The notes: generated by a model not told the origin, from the sequence alone. A stretch of DNA of 52,109 nucleotides from an uncultured Solirubrobacteraceae bacterium (GCA_964588985.1 CAZPQW010000012.1:46964-99072), one strand, 5' to 3'. Counted from the stretch's first letter, positions 1-9,133 are shown. Numbers and translations: made by a program.

Positions 1-3000
1 ACCCAGTCCCCTTGATCACAACCCCAGTCCCACCCAACGTCGAACCAGACGACGGCGTGACTTTTTCAACCGTCGGCGGCGTCACATACGTAAATTTGGG
101 GCCACCCGCAGACGTGCCTTTTTCGTCTTCGACGACCACTTCCACCGCGCCGGCCGCATGTGCAGCGGTCTTCGCCGTGATTTCCGTCGCGGACACAACT
201 TCCGCTTCGGTGACTTCCGCGCCGATCGTCACCTTTGCACCTTTGACAAAGCCGGTTCCCGTCAATTTCACAGCCGTCCCGCCAGCCGTTGAGCCTTCAG
301 CCGGCGATACAGCGGTCACCGACGGCGGAGTGATGAACGTGAACTTGGGGTTTTCTTTGCTGGCGCCTCCGCCGGCGATGGTGACGATCACTTCGTCTTC
401 GCCTGCTGCGGTGGCTGCGGTTTTAGCCTTGATTTCGGTTTCTGAGACGACTTCGACCGCGGTCGCGGTGCTCCCGATTTTCACGGTCGCGCCTTTCACG
501 AACCCGGTGCCCTTGATCACCACGCTCGTTCCGCCGAGCGTCGAGCCGCTGGACGGTTCGACTTTGGTGACCGTCGGCGGCGTCACGAACGTGAATTTCG
601 GGCCAGCCGACGAAGAGCCCATTTCGCTCGTCACGACCACTTCCACAGCCCCCGCGGCATGCGCGGCCGTGACCGCGGTGATTTCGGTTTCCGAGACCAC
701 TTTCACGCTCGTGGCTTCTTCCCCGATCTTCACCGTCGAGCCTTTCAAGAACCCAGTGCCCTTGATTTTCACCGACGTGCCGCCCGTAGTCGGACCGGTC
801 GCGACTTCAACCGAGGCCACTTTCGGCGGCGCGACATACGTAAACGTCGGGCCACCCGAGGACACGCCTTTCGTGTCCGTCACGACGATCGAATCAGCGC
901 CAGCCACCGTCGCAGCAGTCGTCGCCTTGATTTCTGTTTCCGAGACCACTTCCACACCAGTCGCGGAACTCCCGATCTTCACAGTCGCGCCTTCGGTAAA
1001 CCCAGTCCCCGTGATCACGACTTCCGTCCCACCCAACGTAGAACCAGTCGCAGGTTCGACTTTCGTCACCGACGGCGGCGTGATGTAAGTGAACTTCGGG
1101 CCAGCTTTCGAAGGTCCACCGCCAGGAATCGCCACGACAACTTCGTCTTCCCCAGCAGCAGTCGCAGCCGTTTTAGCCTTGATTTCCGTCGCCGACACAA
1201 CTTCAACACCGGTCGCGGACGAACCAATTTTCACGACCGCGCCTTTGACGAACCCGGTGCCCTTGATCACGACCGCTGTCCCGCCCAACGTCGAACCAGA
1301 CGACGGTTCGACTTTTTCGACCGTCGGCGGCGTCACATACGTAAATTTGGGGCCACCCGCAGAGATGCCTTTTTCGTCTTCGACGACCACTTCCACCGCG
1401 CCAGCCGCATGCGCAGCCGTCCTCGCCGTGATTTCAGTCGCGGACACAACTTCCACTTCAGTCGCTTCCGCACCAATCGTGACCGTCGCGCCTTTCACAA
1501 ACCCAGTCCCCGTCAATTTCACAGCCGTCCCACCAGCCGTCGAACCATTAGCCGGCGCCACAGCCGTCACCGACGGCGGAGTGATGAACGTGAACTTCGG
1601 GCCTTCTTTGGAAGCGCCACCACCAGCGATCGTGACCACGACTTCATCTTCCCCAGCAGCCGTCGCAGCCGTTTTAGCCTTGATTTCGGTCGCCGAGACC
1701 ACTTCCACGCCGGTCGCCGCGCTACCGATTTTCACAGTCGCGCCCGCCACGAACCCGGTGCCCTTGATCACCACGCTCGTTCCGCCGAGCGTCGAACCGC
1801 TAGAGGGTTCGACTTTGGTGACCGTCGGCGGCGTCACGAACGTGAATTTCGGGCCAGCCGACGAAGAGCCCATTTCGCTCGTCACGACCACTTCCACAGC
1901 CCCCGCGGCATGCGCGGCCGTGACCGCGGTGATTTCGGTTTCCGAGACCACTTTCACGCTCGTGGCTTCTTCCCCGATCTTCACCGTCGAGCCTTTCAAG
2001 AACCCAGTGCCCTTGATTTTCACCGACGTGCCGCCCGTAGTCGGACCGGTCGCGACTTCAACCGAGGCCACTTTCGGCGGCGCGACATACGTAAACGTCG
2101 GGCCACCCGAGGACACGCCTTTCGTGTCCGTCACGACGATCGAATCAGCGCCAGCCACCGTCGCAGCAGTCGTCGCCTTGATTTCTGTTTCCGAGACCAC
2201 TTCCACACCAGTCGCGGAACTCCCGATCTTCACAGTCGCGCCTTCGGTAAACCCAGTCCCCGTGATCACGACTTCCGTCCCACCCAACGTAGAACCAGTC
2301 GCAGGTTCGACTTTCGTCACCGACGGCGGCGTGATGTAAGTGAACTTCGGGCCAGCTTTCGAAGGTCCACCGCCAGGAATCGCCACGACAACTTCGTCTT
2401 CCCCAGCAGCAGTCGCAGCCGTTTTAGCCTTGATTTCCGTCGCCGACACAACTTCAACACCAGTCGCAGCGCTACCGATTTTCACCGTCGCACCTTTCAC
2501 AAACCCAGTCCCCTTGATCACAACCCCAGTCCCACCCAACGTCGAACCAGACGACGGTTCGACGGCTTTGACCTTAGGCGGACGAACGAACGTGAATTTG
2601 GGCCCTTCGGTGGAGGCTTCTTCTTCCACTTCGACGACGACTTCGTTGGTACCGGCGGAGCTCTCGGCCGTAGTGGCCTTGATTTCGGTTTCGGAGACCA
2701 CTTCGACGCCGGTCGCTTCGCCGCCGATGAGGACCGTGGCGCCTTTCACGAAGCCGGTGCCTTTGATCGTGACGGCGGTTTTGCCGGTCGTGGGCCCCTG
2801 GGCGGGCGTGACGGACGTGACGGTCGGCGCCGCGGCAACCGCAGGGGTCACGCTGGCGAGCGGCGCGGCGAGGATGTCGCCGTGGCCGAGGGGCAGCGCG
2901 ACGGCGGGCCCGACGAAGCTGAGCAGGAAGACGAGCGAGACAGGTAGCGCCAGCGCCCAGGCGAGAGAGGCTCTCAGCTGCGACCGCGAGCGAGTCCGGT

Positions 3001-3046
3001 CGTTCCCCTGTCCTTGGTTCCCAGCAGCTTCGTTCCGGCTGAACAC
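1..3046 (-). CDS. Large secreted/surface protein with tandem IPT/TIG (Ig-like) domains; 3' end runs off the window
   Basis: Translated by hand because it is absent from the ORF track (no stop in window). GTG start at 3046 with GGAGG 7 nt upstream and a hydrophobic N-terminal segment (LAWALALPVSLVFLLSFVGPAVA). Then 11 complete ~83-aa units of the form PxVTxVxPxxGxTxGGTxVxIxGTGF...GPKFT(Y/F). Confidence 0.9.
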   Translation of the reverse strand, partial: MFSRNEAAGNQGQGNDRTRSRSQLRASLAWALALPVSLVFLLSFVGPAVALPLGHGDILAAPLASVTPAVAAAPTVTSVTPAQGPTTGKTAVTIKGTGFVKGATVLIGGEATGVEVVSETEIKATTAESSAGTNEVVVEVEEEASTEGPKFTFVRPPKVKAVEPSSGSTLGGTGVVIKGTGFVKGATVKIGSAATGVEVVSATEIKAKTAATAAGEDEVVVAIPGGGPSKAGPKFTYITPPSVTKVEPATGSTLGGTEVVITGTGFTEGATVKIGSSATGVEVVSETEIKATTAATVAGADSIVVTDTKGVSSGGPTFTYVAPPKVASVEVATGPTTGGTSVKIKGTGFLKGSTVKIGEEATSVKVVSETEITAVTAAHAAGAVEVVVTSEMGSSSAGPKFTFVTPPTVTKVEPSSGSTLGGTSVVIKGTGFVAGATVKIGSAATGVEVVSATEIKAKTAATAAGEDEVVVTIAGGGASKEGPKFTFITPPSVTAVAPANGSTAGGTAVKLTGTGFVKGATVTIGAEATEVEVVSATEITARTAAHAAGAVEVVVEDEKGISAGGPKFTYVTPPTVEKVEPSSGSTLGGTAVVIKGTGFVKGAVVKIGSSATGVEVVSATEIKAKTAATAAGEDEVVVAIPGGGPSKAGPKFTYITPPSVTKVEPATGSTLGGTEVVITGTGFTEGATVKIGSSATGVEVVSETEIKATTAATVAGADSIVVTDTKGVSSGGPTFTYVAPPKVASVEVATGPTTGGTSVKIKGTGFLKGSTVKIGEEATSVKVVSETEITAVTAAHAAGAVEVVVTSEMGSSSAGPKFTFVTPPTVTKVEPSSGSTLGGTSVVIKGTGFVKGATVKIGSTATAVEVVSETEIKAKTAATAAGEDEVIVTIAGGGASKENPKFTFITPPSVTAVSPAEGSTAGGTAVKLTGTGFVKGAKVTIGAEVTEAEVVSATEITAKTAAHAAGAVEVVVEDEKGTSAGGPKFTYVTPPTVEKVTPSSGSTLGGTGVVIKGTG
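498..2461. repeat. Intragenic direct repeat with 1251-bp period (five IPT domains); 555-1210 reads identical to 1806-2461
   Basis: Direct comparison at offset 1251; the antisense ORF translations repeat exactly. Positions 1-55 also match 2503-2557 (offset 2502). Confidence 0.9.
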
Positions 3047-3247
3047 GGCATCGCCTCCCGGCTAATCGACACAGTTCTCGTGGTGATCGGCCCCGACCGC
3101 CGAAGCGTCAGAAGCTGCGCACCGTCAGGCGCGCGGCTTCGAATCCAGCAATCGGGGTAGCGGCTTTCGACGGCTGTCGGGGCGATTCCTTCTCTCGCTG
3201 ACGACGGTTGTCCGCTGAATGACGCTGGACCAGGCGTGCGGTGAACG

Positions 3248-3856
3248 CTACGTGTGCGCCTTTTGAAGCATGCCGACGTGATCGTTCGGGCTCAGGGGCC
3301 AGCAGTAAGCGGGATCATCGAGCCCAGGCACGGTCGGCGCGTGGCCGGCACGTAGCGCCTCGACCGTTGCGAGGTAGCTCGCACGGTCCGCAAGCCGGAC
3401 GCTGTTCCAGAAGCGACGTTTGTTGTTCAGCTCTCCATCGTCGGAGCGTTTGCCCATGTAGAGCACATCGGTCATCACCTGCACGCCGACGGGACAGCGC
3501 ACGTTCTCGTTGACATAGGCGACTCCCCGCTCTTGCGTCTCGCAGGCGGGCTGATGCCAGTGGCAAGCCACGCACATAGGGACCAGGTTGGACGGATCCT
3601 CTGCGCCTCCGTGCGCGTGATCCTGCAGATGACATCGCTCAAGCCACCCGCCCGCGCTGTTCCAAACTTTGGTCAGCTTGTCGTCGACGCTGCCGCGCTC
3701 GTACGCAGCGCAGTCCTTGACTGGAGCCAGCCAGCCGCAGCGAAAGCAAAACGGCTCTCCCCAGCCGATACCACTCGCGCTGTTCTGCGGAAACGTCTCG
3801 AGGAGCCTGGTCCCAATCCGCTCCCAGTAGAGCTGAATCGCGCTGAGGCTCGGCAT
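3248..3856 (-). CDS. HNH endonuclease-like protein
   Basis: CFRCG...LERCHLQDHAHGGAEDPSNLVPMCVACH is a Zn-binding CxxC...H...N...CxxCH HNH signature. Start is ATG 3856 or GTG 3871. Confidence 0.8.
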   Translation of the reverse strand: MPSLSAIQLYWERIGTRLLETFPQNSASGIGWGEPFCFRCGWLAPVKDCAAYERGSVDDKLTKVWNSAGGWLERCHLQDHAHGGAEDPSNLVPMCVACHWHQPACETQERGVAYVNENVRCPVGVQVMTDVLYMGKRSDDGELNNKRRFWNSVRLADRASYLATVEALRAGHAPTVPGLDDPAYCWPLSPNDHVGMLQKAHT

Positions 3857-3911
3857 CGCGTCACGAGTCACGCCTCACAGGCTATATCGACGTGTGGTAC
3901 GCCGTGATGGC

Positions 3912-4103
3912 GTGATCGTCCGCGATACGCACGCGTGGCTCCCGGTGGCCGAGCGCGCCAGAGCGCCTCTGTTCTGGACGCAGCGAGCTCTTCCAGGCGA
4001 CCCCGTGGACCGCCTTCTCTACGCCACCGCACGCTCGATCGGGGCGACCCTGAGCACACGCGACCGCGCGGCCCATACGTCCGATCGGGGCACGCTCTGG
4101 TGA
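3912..4103 (+). pseudogene. Internally deleted PIN-domain (VapC-like) toxin remnant
   Basis: PIN-like N-terminus (MIVRDTHAWL) joined almost directly to a PIN-like C-terminus (GDPVDRLLYATAR...LSTRD...TLW). Only 63 aa versus about 130 aa for a typical VapC. Confidence 0.65.
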
Positions 4104-4119
4104 CCGACTCCGGGATCGA

Positions 4120-4147
4120 TACAATTCCTACTCCGCAGCACAGGATT
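4120..4147 (+). promoter_or_regulatory. Possible -10 box (TACAAT) overlapping an imperfect inverted repeat ATTCCT-N12-AGGATT upstream of sufB
   Basis: Motifs read directly from the sequence. An operator for an Fe-S regulator (Rrf2/SufR type) is inference only. Confidence 0.3.
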
Positions 4148-4175
4148 CCCCACGCGACCCGCAGCGAGGAGCTTC

Positions 4176-5576
4176 ATGGCCACGATTGACCGCACCAAGA
4201 TCGTAAAACCGAGCCCGATCGTCGAGGACGAGCAGGGTCAGTTGCGCGCGCGCCAGGGCATCTCGCGCGAGGTGGTCAGCGAGCTGTCGAAGATCAAGGG
4301 CGAGCCCGACTGGATGGCGGAGAAACGCATCAAGTCGCTGGAAATCTTCGAACGCAAGCCCGTCCCCACGTGGGGTCCCAATCTGAGCGGCCTGAACCTG
4401 GACGACCTCGTGCTCTACTCGCCCCCCACGGCGGGACGCTTCAACAGCTGGGACGAAGTCCCCGCGGAGATGAAGCAGACCTACGAGGACCTCGGCATCC
4501 CGCAGGCCGAGCGCGAGCACCTCGCGGGCGTGGTCGGCGTTTGGCGCCAGGAGCCCGTGTACGAGGGTCTGAAGGAGGAGTACGCAAAGCAGGGGATCCT
4601 GTTCTGCTCGATGGACACCGCCATCACCGAATATCCGGAGCTGGTGCAGAAATACTTCATGAACAAATGCGTGCCGCCGCAGGACAACAAGTTCTCGGCG
4701 CTGCACGGAGCCGTTTGGTCGGGCGGAGCCTTCTGCTACATCCCCAAGGGCGTCAGGTGCGACCTGCCGCTGCAGTCCTACTTCCGTATGGAGGGCGCCG
4801 GCGAGGGCACCTTCGAGCACACGCTGATCGTCGCCGACGAGGGCTCCGAGGTCAACTACATCGAGGGCTGCACCGCGCAGACATACAGCGTCAACTCGAT
4901 GCACTCGGCGGTCGTCGAGATCTTCGTGCACGAGGGCGCGAAGGCGCGCTACACGACCGTGCAGAACTGGTCGAAGGACGTCTACAACCTCAACACCAAG
5001 CGCGCGGTCGTGGACGCGAACGGCACCGTCGAGTGGGTCGGCGGCTCGATGGGCGCGAAGTACGTGATGCTCTACCCCGGCTCGTTCCTGATGGGCGAGG
5101 GCGCACGCGCGGACCACCTCAACGTGGGCGTCGCCGGCAAAGGCGTGCACAAGGACACCGGCGCGAAGGTGGTGCACCTCGCGCCGAACACCACGTCGAA
5201 CATCCTCGCCAAGTCGATCTCCAAGGACGGCGGGATCATGGGCTACCGCGGCCTGGTCAAGATGGGCCACAACTCCGCGGGCTCGAAAGCGCGCGTGCAG
5301 TGCGACGGCCTGATGATGGACGGCGAATCGAAATCGGACACGTGGCCGGACATCCAGATCCAGAACCCGCACGTGACGGTCGCCCACGAGGCCACCGTGG
5401 GGCGCATCTCCGACGACCAGCTCTTCTACATGGGCTCGCGCGGGTTCACCGAGGACGAGGCGGCGGCGATGATCGTCAACGGCTTTATCGAGCCGGTGAC
5501 GAAGGAGCTGCCGATGGAGTACGCCGTCGAGCTCAACCGCCTAATCCAATTGGAGATGGTCGGCAGCATCGGCTGA
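4176..5576 (+). CDS. sufB: Fe-S cluster assembly protein SufB
   Basis: DNKFSALHGAVWSGG, YIEGCTA, YTTVQNWS, QCD, AHEATVG, IVNGFIEP...LPMEYAVELNRLI; GAGGAG SD. Confidence 0.95.
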   Translation: MATIDRTKIVKPSPIVEDEQGQLRARQGISREVVSELSKIKGEPDWMAEKRIKSLEIFERKPVPTWGPNLSGLNLDDLVLYSPPTAGRFNSWDEVPAEMKQTYEDLGIPQAEREHLAGVVGVWRQEPVYEGLKEEYAKQGILFCSMDTAITEYPELVQKYFMNKCVPPQDNKFSALHGAVWSGGAFCYIPKGVRCDLPLQSYFRMEGAGEGTFEHTLIVADEGSEVNYIEGCTAQTYSVNSMHSAVVEIFVHEGAKARYTTVQNWSKDVYNLNTKRAVVDANGTVEWVGGSMGAKYVMLYPGSFLMGEGARADHLNVGVAGKGVHKDTGAKVVHLAPNTTSNILAKSISKDGGIMGYRGLVKMGHNSAGSKARVQCDGLMMDGESKSDTWPDIQIQNPHVTVAHEATVGRISDDQLFYMGSRGFTEDEAAAMIVNGFIEPVTKELPMEYAVELNRLIQLEMVGSIG

Positions 5577-6212
5577 GTGGCGCGTATGTCGCAAGCGCGC
5601 ACCTCCTTCGACCCGAACGAGCTCGGCCACGCCTTCTACGGGCTGCTGACGAGCGTGATCGTCCCGCGGCCGATCGCTTGGGTGTCGACGGTCTCGGCTG
5701 AGGGCGTGGAGAACCTCGCTCCACACTCGTTCTTCACGGTGTCGTGCGTGACGCCGCCGGTGGTGCAGTTCACGTCGGTGGGGCGCAAGGACTCGCTGAA
5801 CAACATCGACGCGACGGGCGAGTTCGTGGTGTGCCTGACGCCGGAGTGGCTGTTCGAGCAGGTGAACGCGTCGAGCACCGACTTTCCGCCGGACGTGAGC
5901 GAGTTCGAGGCGGTGGGCGTCAGCCGCGAACCGAGCCTGCACGTGCGCCCCTCGCGCGTGGCCGAGTCGCCGGTGGCGCTCGAGTGCGTGCGCCACGAGA
6001 CGATCTCCTTCGGCGACTCCACTGTGGTGTTCGGCCGCGTCGTGCACGCGTCAATCTCAGACAGCGTGCTCACCGACGGGCGCCCCGACGTGCAGAAGCT
6101 GCGCCCGCTCGCGCGCCTGGGAGGTAGAGAGTGGGCGCGCCTGGGCGAGGTCGTGAGCATCAGCCGGATCGCGCACGGCGACTGGCGAGGGCACTACACG
6201 CCCCCTAGATGA
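5577..6212 (+). CDS. Flavin reductase family protein (FMN-binding split barrel)
   Basis: PRPIAWVST...NLAPHSFF...KDSLNNIDATGEFVV...ESPVALEC...PLARLGG. Alternative ATG at 5586. Confidence 0.9.
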   Translation: MARMSQARTSFDPNELGHAFYGLLTSVIVPRPIAWVSTVSAEGVENLAPHSFFTVSCVTPPVVQFTSVGRKDSLNNIDATGEFVVCLTPEWLFEQVNASSTDFPPDVSEFEAVGVSREPSLHVRPSRVAESPVALECVRHETISFGDSTVVFGRVVHASISDSVLTDGRPDVQKLRPLARLGGREWARLGEVVSISRIAHGDWRGHYTPPR

Positions 6213-6949
6213 GGGCACCGACGGACAAGATCGCCGCCCCCCTGTTCCCAACGCGCCTGCCGTGGGTCAACGTCAACGGACCTCAGGCGAGCATCCAACG
6301 CGGGCGACCGATGCTGGTCGAGTTCTGGGACTTCTGCCGGCCGAACTCGCTGCGCACCCTCCCCTACTTGAAGGCGTGGCACGATCGCTACGCCGACGCG
6401 GGCCTGCGGGTGATCGGCGTGCACTGCCCCGGCTTCGACGCCTCGCGCGACGAGCAGGCTGTGAGGGACGCGGTTGCGCGCCTCGGGATCGCATATCCCG
6501 TGCTGATCGACAGCGACCTCGAGCTGTGGAACGAGTACGAGAACGCCGGCTGGCCCGCTCGCTACCTCTTCGACGGCCGGGGGCGCCTGTTCGAGTACCA
6601 CTACGGCGAGGGTGCCTACGCGGACACCGAGCTCGCCATCCAGGAGCTCGTCGGCGTCGAGATGGAACCGCTCGCCGCGGTGCGCCCCGAGGACGCTCCC
6701 GGCGCTCGTCTGGTGGCGCCGAGCGAGGATCGCGAGGGCGCCTACTGCGGCCCCTACCAGGCGGGCGGGGTGTGGGCCGTGGTCGACGGAGCGGGCGTGC
6801 TGCGCGTCAACGGAGAGGACGTTGCGATCGCAGGCCCGGGCGCGTATCCGCTGATCGAGCACGAGCGCCACACGCAGGGGATCGTCGAGATTCAGCCTGG
6901 CGAGGGCGTCACGTGCCTGGCGACGTGCTTCACGCCGGGCGTGGTTTGA
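6209..6949 (+). CDS. DipZ-like thioredoxin/redoxin-fold protein lacking the canonical CxxC
   Basis: LVEFWDFCRPNSLRTLPYLKAWHDRY...VIGVHCPGF...WPARYLFD...GEGAY. ATGA overlap with the upstream gene. Confidence 0.8.
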   Translation: MRAPTDKIAAPLFPTRLPWVNVNGPQASIQRGRPMLVEFWDFCRPNSLRTLPYLKAWHDRYADAGLRVIGVHCPGFDASRDEQAVRDAVARLGIAYPVLIDSDLELWNEYENAGWPARYLFDGRGRLFEYHYGEGAYADTELAIQELVGVEMEPLAAVRPEDAPGARLVAPSEDREGAYCGPYQAGGVWAVVDGAGVLRVNGEDVAIAGPGAYPLIEHERHTQGIVEIQPGEGVTCLATCFTPGVV

Positions 6950-6953
6950 GCGC

Positions 6954-8174
6954 TCAGCGTCGCGCCGACGCGACGGCGGCATCGGGCGATAGGCAAGCCG
7001 CGAGCTCGGCGTGCGGGCGATCGACCAGCAGCCGCTTCAGCACCGGCGGGCCCTCGTCCTCGACGAGCACGCACCCGCCCGGCCAGTAGGGGCTCTCCCC
7101 CGAGTTGGTCGTGAGGAAGATCGCGGCGTAGGTCCAGCTGCCGGCGTTGACCAGTCGCGCGCCTAGGCGCCCGCGCCACTCCTGCTCGTCATCGCCCGGA
7201 AGCGGCCCTGCCCGGTGAGTGTGCCCGAACACCACATACGCATCGCCCAGACCGAGGCGTGCAGCAACCTCACCCATCGCATTCAGCGCCGCGCGTCGCA
7301 GCTCGCCGGTTGAGATGTCCGTCTTCAGCGGCCCGATCCCGGCACGGTTGAGCGCGGCGACCACCAGCGGAAACAACCCCACGAGCACACGCCTGCGTAG
7401 CCTGGACTTCGCCCGGCCGCGACTCATCCAGCGCAGCCTGCGAAGACGCGCACTTTGGCCGCCGGCAGGCCGTGCCCCGTTGGCGCTCACGTCGCTGTCG
7501 CCCGTCTTGCGCAGAACGTTCCACGCGCTGACCGTGTCGAGGGACTGCGGCACGCCGAGCGATTCGCGTGCAACCGCGTCCCTCCACGCGAACACGGGAG
7601 TGCCGACCGCCTCGTAGTCGCCCACGCGGTCGAATCCGGCGGCCGGGCGGCCTAACAATCGGCTCATCGCACCCACGCTCAGGCGCTCGAGCGTCGGGAT
7701 CGTCAGATGGCAGTCCAGGTAGTGACCGTGCATGGCGTACACATCCGGGCGTATCCAGATGCCCGGGTAGGCGATGCGGACGCTCGCGGGCGAAGCCCAT
7801 TCGGCGATGCGAGCCATCGCCGGCGAGACCTCCTCAGGGTCCAGCAACTGCTCCACGTCCAGCGGCGGCGGCTCTGCCTCCGCGCCGCGGGCGTCGAGCC
7901 ACGGCTCTATCAGGCCGTGGTCGTGGTTGCCGGCGACGATCACGAGCTCGCGTCCCGCGAGGGCCTGCCCGAGGTCCTCGAAGAACGGGCGGGCCGCGGC
8001 CATCGCCTCGCGCAGCGGTCCGTGGCGCATCTCGAGCACGTCGCCCAGCAGCACCACTCGATCGACATCCGCCACGGCCTCGAGCAAGGGTGCGCGCAAC
8101 TCCGGGCTGCGCAGGAGATCGGAGCCGGACGCGCTGCCGAGGTGCAGGTCCGAGAGGATCAGGGTGCGGGTCAG
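6954..8174 (-). CDS. Calcineurin-like metallophosphoesterase
   Basis: SDLHLG, LLGD, GNHD, HGH, FGHTH and NAGSW motifs. Start uncertain; likely the CTG overlapping the ispH stop. Confidence 0.85.
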   Translation of the reverse strand: MTRTLILSDLHLGSASGSDLLRSPELRAPLLEAVADVDRVVLLGDVLEMRHGPLREAMAAARPFFEDLGQALAGRELVIVAGNHDHGLIEPWLDARGAEAEPPPLDVEQLLDPEEVSPAMARIAEWASPASVRIAYPGIWIRPDVYAMHGHYLDCHLTIPTLERLSVGAMSRLLGRPAAGFDRVGDYEAVGTPVFAWRDAVARESLGVPQSLDTVSAWNVLRKTGDSDVSANGARPAGGQSARLRRLRWMSRGRAKSRLRRRVLVGLFPLVVAALNRAGIGPLKTDISTGELRRAALNAMGEVAARLGLGDAYVVFGHTHRAGPLPGDDEQEWRGRLGARLVNAGSWTYAAIFLTTNSGESPYWPGGCVLVEDEGPPVLKRLLVDRPHAELAACLSPDAAVASARR

Positions 8175-9133
8175 GATGCCTCGCCGGCCGCCACCGCTTC
8201 GCGGATCTGCTTCGGCAACATGAAGCGCACGTCCTCGCTGATCACGTCGAACTCCGAGACGTCCTGCACACCGCGGGCACGGAAGAAGGCAACGAGGTCC
8301 GCGACGAGATCCTCCGGGGCACTGGCGCCCGATGACACTCCCACGATCCGCGTGCCGTCGAGCCACTGCTCCTGGATCTCGCCCGCGTTGTCGATCAGGT
8401 AAGCATCGGTGCCGCAGTCGCGCGCGACCTCGACGAGACGCACGGAGTTGGAGGAGTTGCGCGACCCGATCACGAGCATCAGATCGCAGCGTCCCGCCAT
8501 CTGCTTGACGGCGGCCTGGCGGTTGGTTGTGGCGTAGCAGATGTCATCCGTGCGGGGACCGACGATGCTGGGGAAGCGCTCGCGCAGACGGGCGAGGATC
8601 GCGGTCGTTTCGTCCACCGCGAGCGTGGTCTGCGTGACGTAGGCGATCCGCTCGGGATCCTCGACCTCAAGCGCGTCCACGTCGGCCTCGTTCTGGACCA
8701 GCACGATGCTCTCGGGGGCCTCGCCCATCGTGCCTTCGACCTCCTCGTGACCCTCGTGGCCGACGAGCACGATCGTGTAGCCGCCTTCGGCGAAGTGGAG
8801 CGCCTCGCGATGGACCTTCGTGACCAGTGGGCAGGTAGCGTCGATCGTGTGCAGGCTGCGCTGCACCGCGCCGGCGCGCACGCTCGGAGCGACCCCGTGG
8901 GCGGAGAACACGCACACCGCCCCCTCGGGCACTTCGGTTTGCTCATCGACGAAGATCGCGCCGCGGTCGCGCAGCTGCTCGACGACGTGCTTGTTGTGGA
9001 CGATCTCCTTGCGCACGTACACGGGCGCACCGTGGATCTCCAGGGCCCGTTCGACCGTCTGCACGGCACGATCGACGCCCGCACAGTAGCCGCGCGGGGC
9101 CGCCAGGATCAGCTTCTCGACAGTGTTCGACAC
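8171..9133 (-). CDS. ispH: 4-hydroxy-3-methylbut-2-enyl diphosphate reductase
   Basis: PRGYCAGVDRA, IVHN, SAHG, DATCPLVTKVH, QTTL, DICYATTNRQ, SSNS. Confidence 0.97.
   Translation of the reverse strand: MSNTVEKLILAAPRGYCAGVDRAVQTVERALEIHGAPVYVRKEIVHNKHVVEQLRDRGAIFVDEQTEVPEGAVCVFSAHGVAPSVRAGAVQRSLHTIDATCPLVTKVHREALHFAEGGYTIVLVGHEGHEEVEGTMGEAPESIVLVQNEADVDALEVEDPERIAYVTQTTLAVDETTAILARLRERFPSIVGPRTDDICYATTNRQAAVKQMAGRCDLMLVIGSRNSSNSVRLVEVARDCGTDAYLIDNAGEIQEQWLDGTRIVGVSSGASAPEDLVADLVAFFRARGVQDVSEFDVISEDVRFMLPKQIREAVAAGEAS

Noticed and set aside
1-2830. CRISPR array or DGR template/variable repeat
   Set aside because: The repeats are ~250-bp in-frame protein domains without unique spacers; differences are not adenine-specific; no cas or reverse transcriptase gene is present.
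12-3065. Long plus-strand ORFs (358, 762, 416, 241 aa)
   Set aside because: Antisense shadows of the minus-strand IPT gene, which has the SD, signal-like segment and recognisable domains.
3066-3247. Known c-di-GMP or c-di-AMP riboswitch
   Set aside because: Conserved consensus nucleotides were not found on the gene's strand; kept only as an unassigned structure.
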